Below, piece by piece: positions 61,197 to 64,000 of a DNA stretch of 64,000 bases. The notes beneath the pieces are model-generated. The model was not told the origin of the DNA. It searched no databases and worked only from the letters and a program-made list of their open reading frames with translations. How positions within the stretch are numbered: the first letter of the stretch is position 1; each line of letters starts with the position of its first letter. Origin of the DNA: an uncultured Pelagibacteraceae bacterium (GTDB lineage Bacteria > Pseudomonadota > Alphaproteobacteria > Pelagibacterales > Pelagibacteraceae); contig CACPID010000001.1 of assembly GCA_902633965.1 (NCBI GenBank), positions 11,845 through 75,844 of the forward strand. The letters run 5' to 3'. The translations under genes were made by a program, and so were the position numbers.

Positions 61197-62812
61197 GATA
61201 GATTATCTTCTAGTATCATGTCAGAAGCTTTCTCTGCAATCATAATAGTTGGTGCATTAGTATTACCTGATGTAATATTTGGCATAATAGAGGCATCAAC
61301 CACTCTTAAATTTTCTATGCCATGCACTTTTAATCTATCATCTACAACCGCATTTTCATCACTTCCCATTTTACAGGTACCAACCGGATGAAATATTGTT
61401 TGAGTGAAATCACTTCCAGCTTTAACAAGCTCTTCATCATCTTGAATATGTAAGCCTGGTCTATATTCCTCAGGTTCATATTTTTTAAAAGTTTTTGTTT
61501 CAAGCATAATTTTTCTGACCAATTTTAGTCCTTTTGCAGCTACATATCGATCATCGTCAGTTGAAAGATAATTCATTTTAATTTTTGGATTATCATTAAT
61601 ATTTTTACTTACTATATTAATCTCGCCTCTGCTTGTCGGTCTAACATTAGCTACAGTTGGGGTAATCCCCTCAAAATCATGTAGCTTTGTTGCTCCAAGA
61701 ATATCAGTACTTATTGGCTGAACATGAAACTGTAAATTTGGTGTTGCTCTGGAACTATCACTTTTTGCAAAACCACAAACTTGACTCGCCCCCATTGTCA
61801 TTGGACCACTTTGATTGAAAATATATTCTAAACCAATTAAAAAATTTCCAAAAAGACTATTAATTTTTTTATTTAAAGATTTTAGGTTTTTCACCTTATA
61901 AACAGGTCTAAACATAAGATGATCTTGCAGATTCTTTCCAACACCTTTGAGATCTTTTTTAATATCTATACCGTGCTTTTTAAGTTTTTGAGCATCACCA
62001 ACTCCTGAAATTTGTAATATATGTGGAGATCCAATCGAACCTGCTGATAAAATTATTTCTTTGTTTGATTTTACTTCAAATATTTTATCTCCAATCATAT
62101 AGTTTAAAGCAACTGCCTTTTTATTTTCAAAAGTAATTTTTTGTACGACAGCATTTGTTATGATTTTGAGATTCTTTCTACTCTTAACTGGATTTAAATA
62201 TCCTTTTGCAGAACTGCATCTTAATTTAAGACCGAACTTACTGTGTGATGTTGTAAATTGATAAAAACCAACTCCAAAATTATCTCCTGTGTTAAAATCA
62301 TCAGTTTTTGGAATTCCACTCTCTTCAGCTGCATTTATAAATTCATCAAGCATTTTTAATTTAATCTTCTTATTAGCAACCATGATTGGACCTGAATCAC
62401 TATGATATTTACTTTTACCAAGCTCATTATTTTCTGATTTTACAAAGTAAGGCAAAACATCGTCCCATCCCCATCCTTTATTTCCTTGTTGTTTCCAATT
62501 ATCATAATCATTACTTTGGCCCCTAATCCACAAAAGTCCATTAATTGAAGAACTACCACCCAAGGTTTTGCCTCTTGGATATCTAATTGATCTATTATTC
62601 ATTGTCTCATCTTTTTCAGTGTGAAAGCACCAGTCTACTTTAGGATTATGCATCGTTTTATAATAGCCAACTGGTATATGTATCCATGGATAATTATCTT
62701 TACCACCAGCTTCTATTAATAAGACTTTATTATTTATATTTTTTGATAACCTGTTTGCTAATACACATCCCGCTGAACCTGCGCCTATAATAACATAATC
62801 AAAATTTTCCAT
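61193..62812 (-). CDS. GMC family flavin oxidoreductase (choline dehydrogenase-like)
   Basis: [30 protein letters not shown] and GNTNAP. Confidence 0.9.
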   Translation of the reverse strand: MENFDYVIIGAGSAGCVLANRLSKNINNKVLLIEAGGKDNYPWIHIPVGYYKTMHNPKVDWCFHTEKDETMNNRSIRYPRGKTLGGSSSINGLLWIRGQSNDYDNWKQQGNKGWGWDDVLPYFVKSENNELGKSKYHSDSGPIMVANKKIKLKMLDEFINAAEESGIPKTDDFNTGDNFGVGFYQFTTSHSKFGLKLRCSSAKGYLNPVKSRKNLKIITNAVVQKITFENKKAVALNYMIGDKIFEVKSNKEIILSAGSIGSPHILQISGVGDAQKLKKHGIDIKKDLKGVGKNLQDHLMFRPVYKVKNLKSLNKKINSLFGNFLIGLEYIFNQSGPMTMGASQVCGFAKSDSSRATPNLQFHVQPISTDILGATKLHDFEGITPTVANVRPTSRGEINIVSKNINDNPKIKMNYLSTDDDRYVAAKGLKLVRKIMLETKTFKKYEPEEYRPGLHIQDDEELVKAGSDFTQTIFHPVGTCKMGSDENAVVDDRLKVHGIENLRVVDASIMPNITSGNTNAPTIMIAEKASDMILEDNLS

Positions 62813-62946
62813 AGAAACTCAAATAATTTTTTTTTTTATTAAATATCAGGAGTTTTTATCAACAATATTTATAAATGTAACTTGTCAATTATGTAAATTT
62901 TTGACAGGATGGCTAACTTTTAAATTAACTATAAAGGGGATAAATA

Positions 62947-64000
62947 ATGAAAAAAATCATTACATTAATGTTTTCTGCATTTTTATTAGTTGGATTTATA
63001 TCTAATGCAAATGCAAAAACACTTAAATGTCAGACGGTCCTTAACACAAAAGCCGATGAGGTAAAAATGTTAAAAGACTTCACTGACACTGTAACGACTT
63101 TAACTGATGGATCACTAAAATTTGAAATTTTACCAGCAGGTGCAGTTGTTGGAGTAAAAGAGACATTGGACGCAGTTGATAAAGGACTTATTGATTGTGG
63201 ATTTGCTTGGACACACTATTGGTCTGGCGATCACCCAGCTGCAATGTTATTTGGTTCGCCAGTTGCAGGTGGTGGTGTAGGAATAGATAACTTAGCATTC
63301 TTATCATGGTTTCAATATGGTGGTGGTAAAGAACTTTACGATCAACTTTGGAAAGAAATGGGAAGAGATATTAAAGGATTTATGCTTCAACCAGTTGGCC
63401 CAGAGGCTTTAGGATGGTTTCCTAAACCAATAAAAAATATGGCTGATTTTAGAAAATATAAATTTAGAACACCTCCAGGAATTCCAGGACAAACATACAA
63501 AGATATTGGAATTGCATCTGTAGCCATGGGTGGTGGAGATATTTTACCAGCACTAGAGGCAGGAACAATTGATGCAGCAGAGTGGTGTTGTCCAAAGCCA
63601 GATTTAACATTTGGTTTCCAAAAAGTTCTTAAACATTACTACCTACAAGGATTGCACCAAGTAGTTGTTAATGCTGACTTTTATATTACTGGAAAAACAT
63701 ACAATGCAATGACTGCGCATGAGAAAAAATCTCTAGAAGTAGCAGCAAATGCTTCACTAGCTAAATCTTTAAGCTACAGAATCTATGAAAATGGAAAAGC
63801 TTTAAGAGAACTTACTACTAAGCATGGAGTAATTTTAGAAGATACTCCAACTGACTATTTCACAGAATATATGGCTGCAGCAAAAGCAACTTTAAATAAA
63901 AATGCTGAGAAAAATGCATTTTTCAAAAAAGTTTATGACTCTATGAAAGAGTTTGCTGATGTAGCTGTGCCTTTCTGGGCAGGTGCTCAAATGTCTAATG
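62947..64000 (+). CDS. TRAP transporter substrate-binding protein DctP (partial)
   Basis: Manual translation MKKIITLMFSAFLLVGFISNANAKTLKCQ... with EILPAGAVV, FRTPPG and GTIDAAEW; SD AAGGGG upstream; runs off the window. Confidence 0.88.
   Translation, partial: MKKIITLMFSAFLLVGFISNANAKTLKCQTVLNTKADEVKMLKDFTDTVTTLTDGSLKFEILPAGAVVGVKETLDAVDKGLIDCGFAWTHYWSGDHPAAMLFGSPVAGGGVGIDNLAFLSWFQYGGGKELYDQLWKEMGRDIKGFMLQPVGPEALGWFPKPIKNMADFRKYKFRTPPGIPGQTYKDIGIASVAMGGGDILPALEAGTIDAAEWCCPKPDLTFGFQKVLKHYYLQGLHQVVVNADFYITGKTYNAMTAHEKKSLEVAANASLAKSLSYRIYENGKALRELTTKHGVILEDTPTDYFTEYMAAAKATLNKNAEKNAFFKKVYDSMKEFADVAVPFWAGAQMSN

Noticed and set aside
1834-61391. Numerous 60-140 aa ORFs antisense to or nested in long genes (e.g. 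1834, 6125, 10125, 22196, 27209, 59416, 61167)
   Set aside because: They overlap well-supported genes, carry no motifs and have typical shadow-frame composition.
61193-62812. Assigning the symbol betA
   Set aside because: GMC family motifs do not determine substrate, and there is no betB/betI context.
1-64000. rRNA, tRNA, CRISPR or defence systems
   Set aside because: Intergenic gaps are short, and no cloverleaf, rRNA, repeat-spacer array or defence-type ORF was recognised by eye.

Overview
This is a very AT-rich, gene-dense alphaproteobacterial chromosome segment with minimal intergenic DNA and many overlapping stop/start codons. Gene content and style point to Pelagibacteraceae (SAR11); this is inferred from content, with no marker gene in the window. 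Contents from left to right: (1) a methylated-amine/betaine catabolic region (betaine ABC ATPase, class II aldolase-like protein, BBOX/TauD dioxygenase, ALDH, dimethylglycine dehydrogenase, ETF and ETF-QO); (2) hisI, folE, acuI and a LysR; (3) an Fe(III) ABC operon with Fur-type boxes and a Cys-rich small ORF; (4) a RamB/ScfR-type regulator divergent from aceA; (5) a TPP-riboswitch-like leader with an altered pyrophosphate-sensing arm, upstream of a thiV-like sodium:solute symporter; (6) housekeeping genes (rseP, HU, amtB, recX, cysQ, mnmA, metC, pabBAC); (7) an organosulfur/sulfite block (HIT, aprMBA, TauE, thioredoxin, suyBA, xsc); (8) a ~9.5 kb glycosylation cassette with two GT2, two GT-C-like and rare-sugar genes; (9) M23 peptidase, SDR, TerC, GMC oxidoreductase and a partial TRAP DctP. 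No rRNA, tRNA, CRISPR array, integrase or transposase was seen. The strongest novelty candidates are the variant TPP aptamer, a 27-aa Lys/Arg-rich microprotein, the HIT gene as a possible Sat substitute beside aprMBA, and a possible trimethyllysine/betaine pathway that would release glycine. All functional calls come from motif recognition, not database searches.
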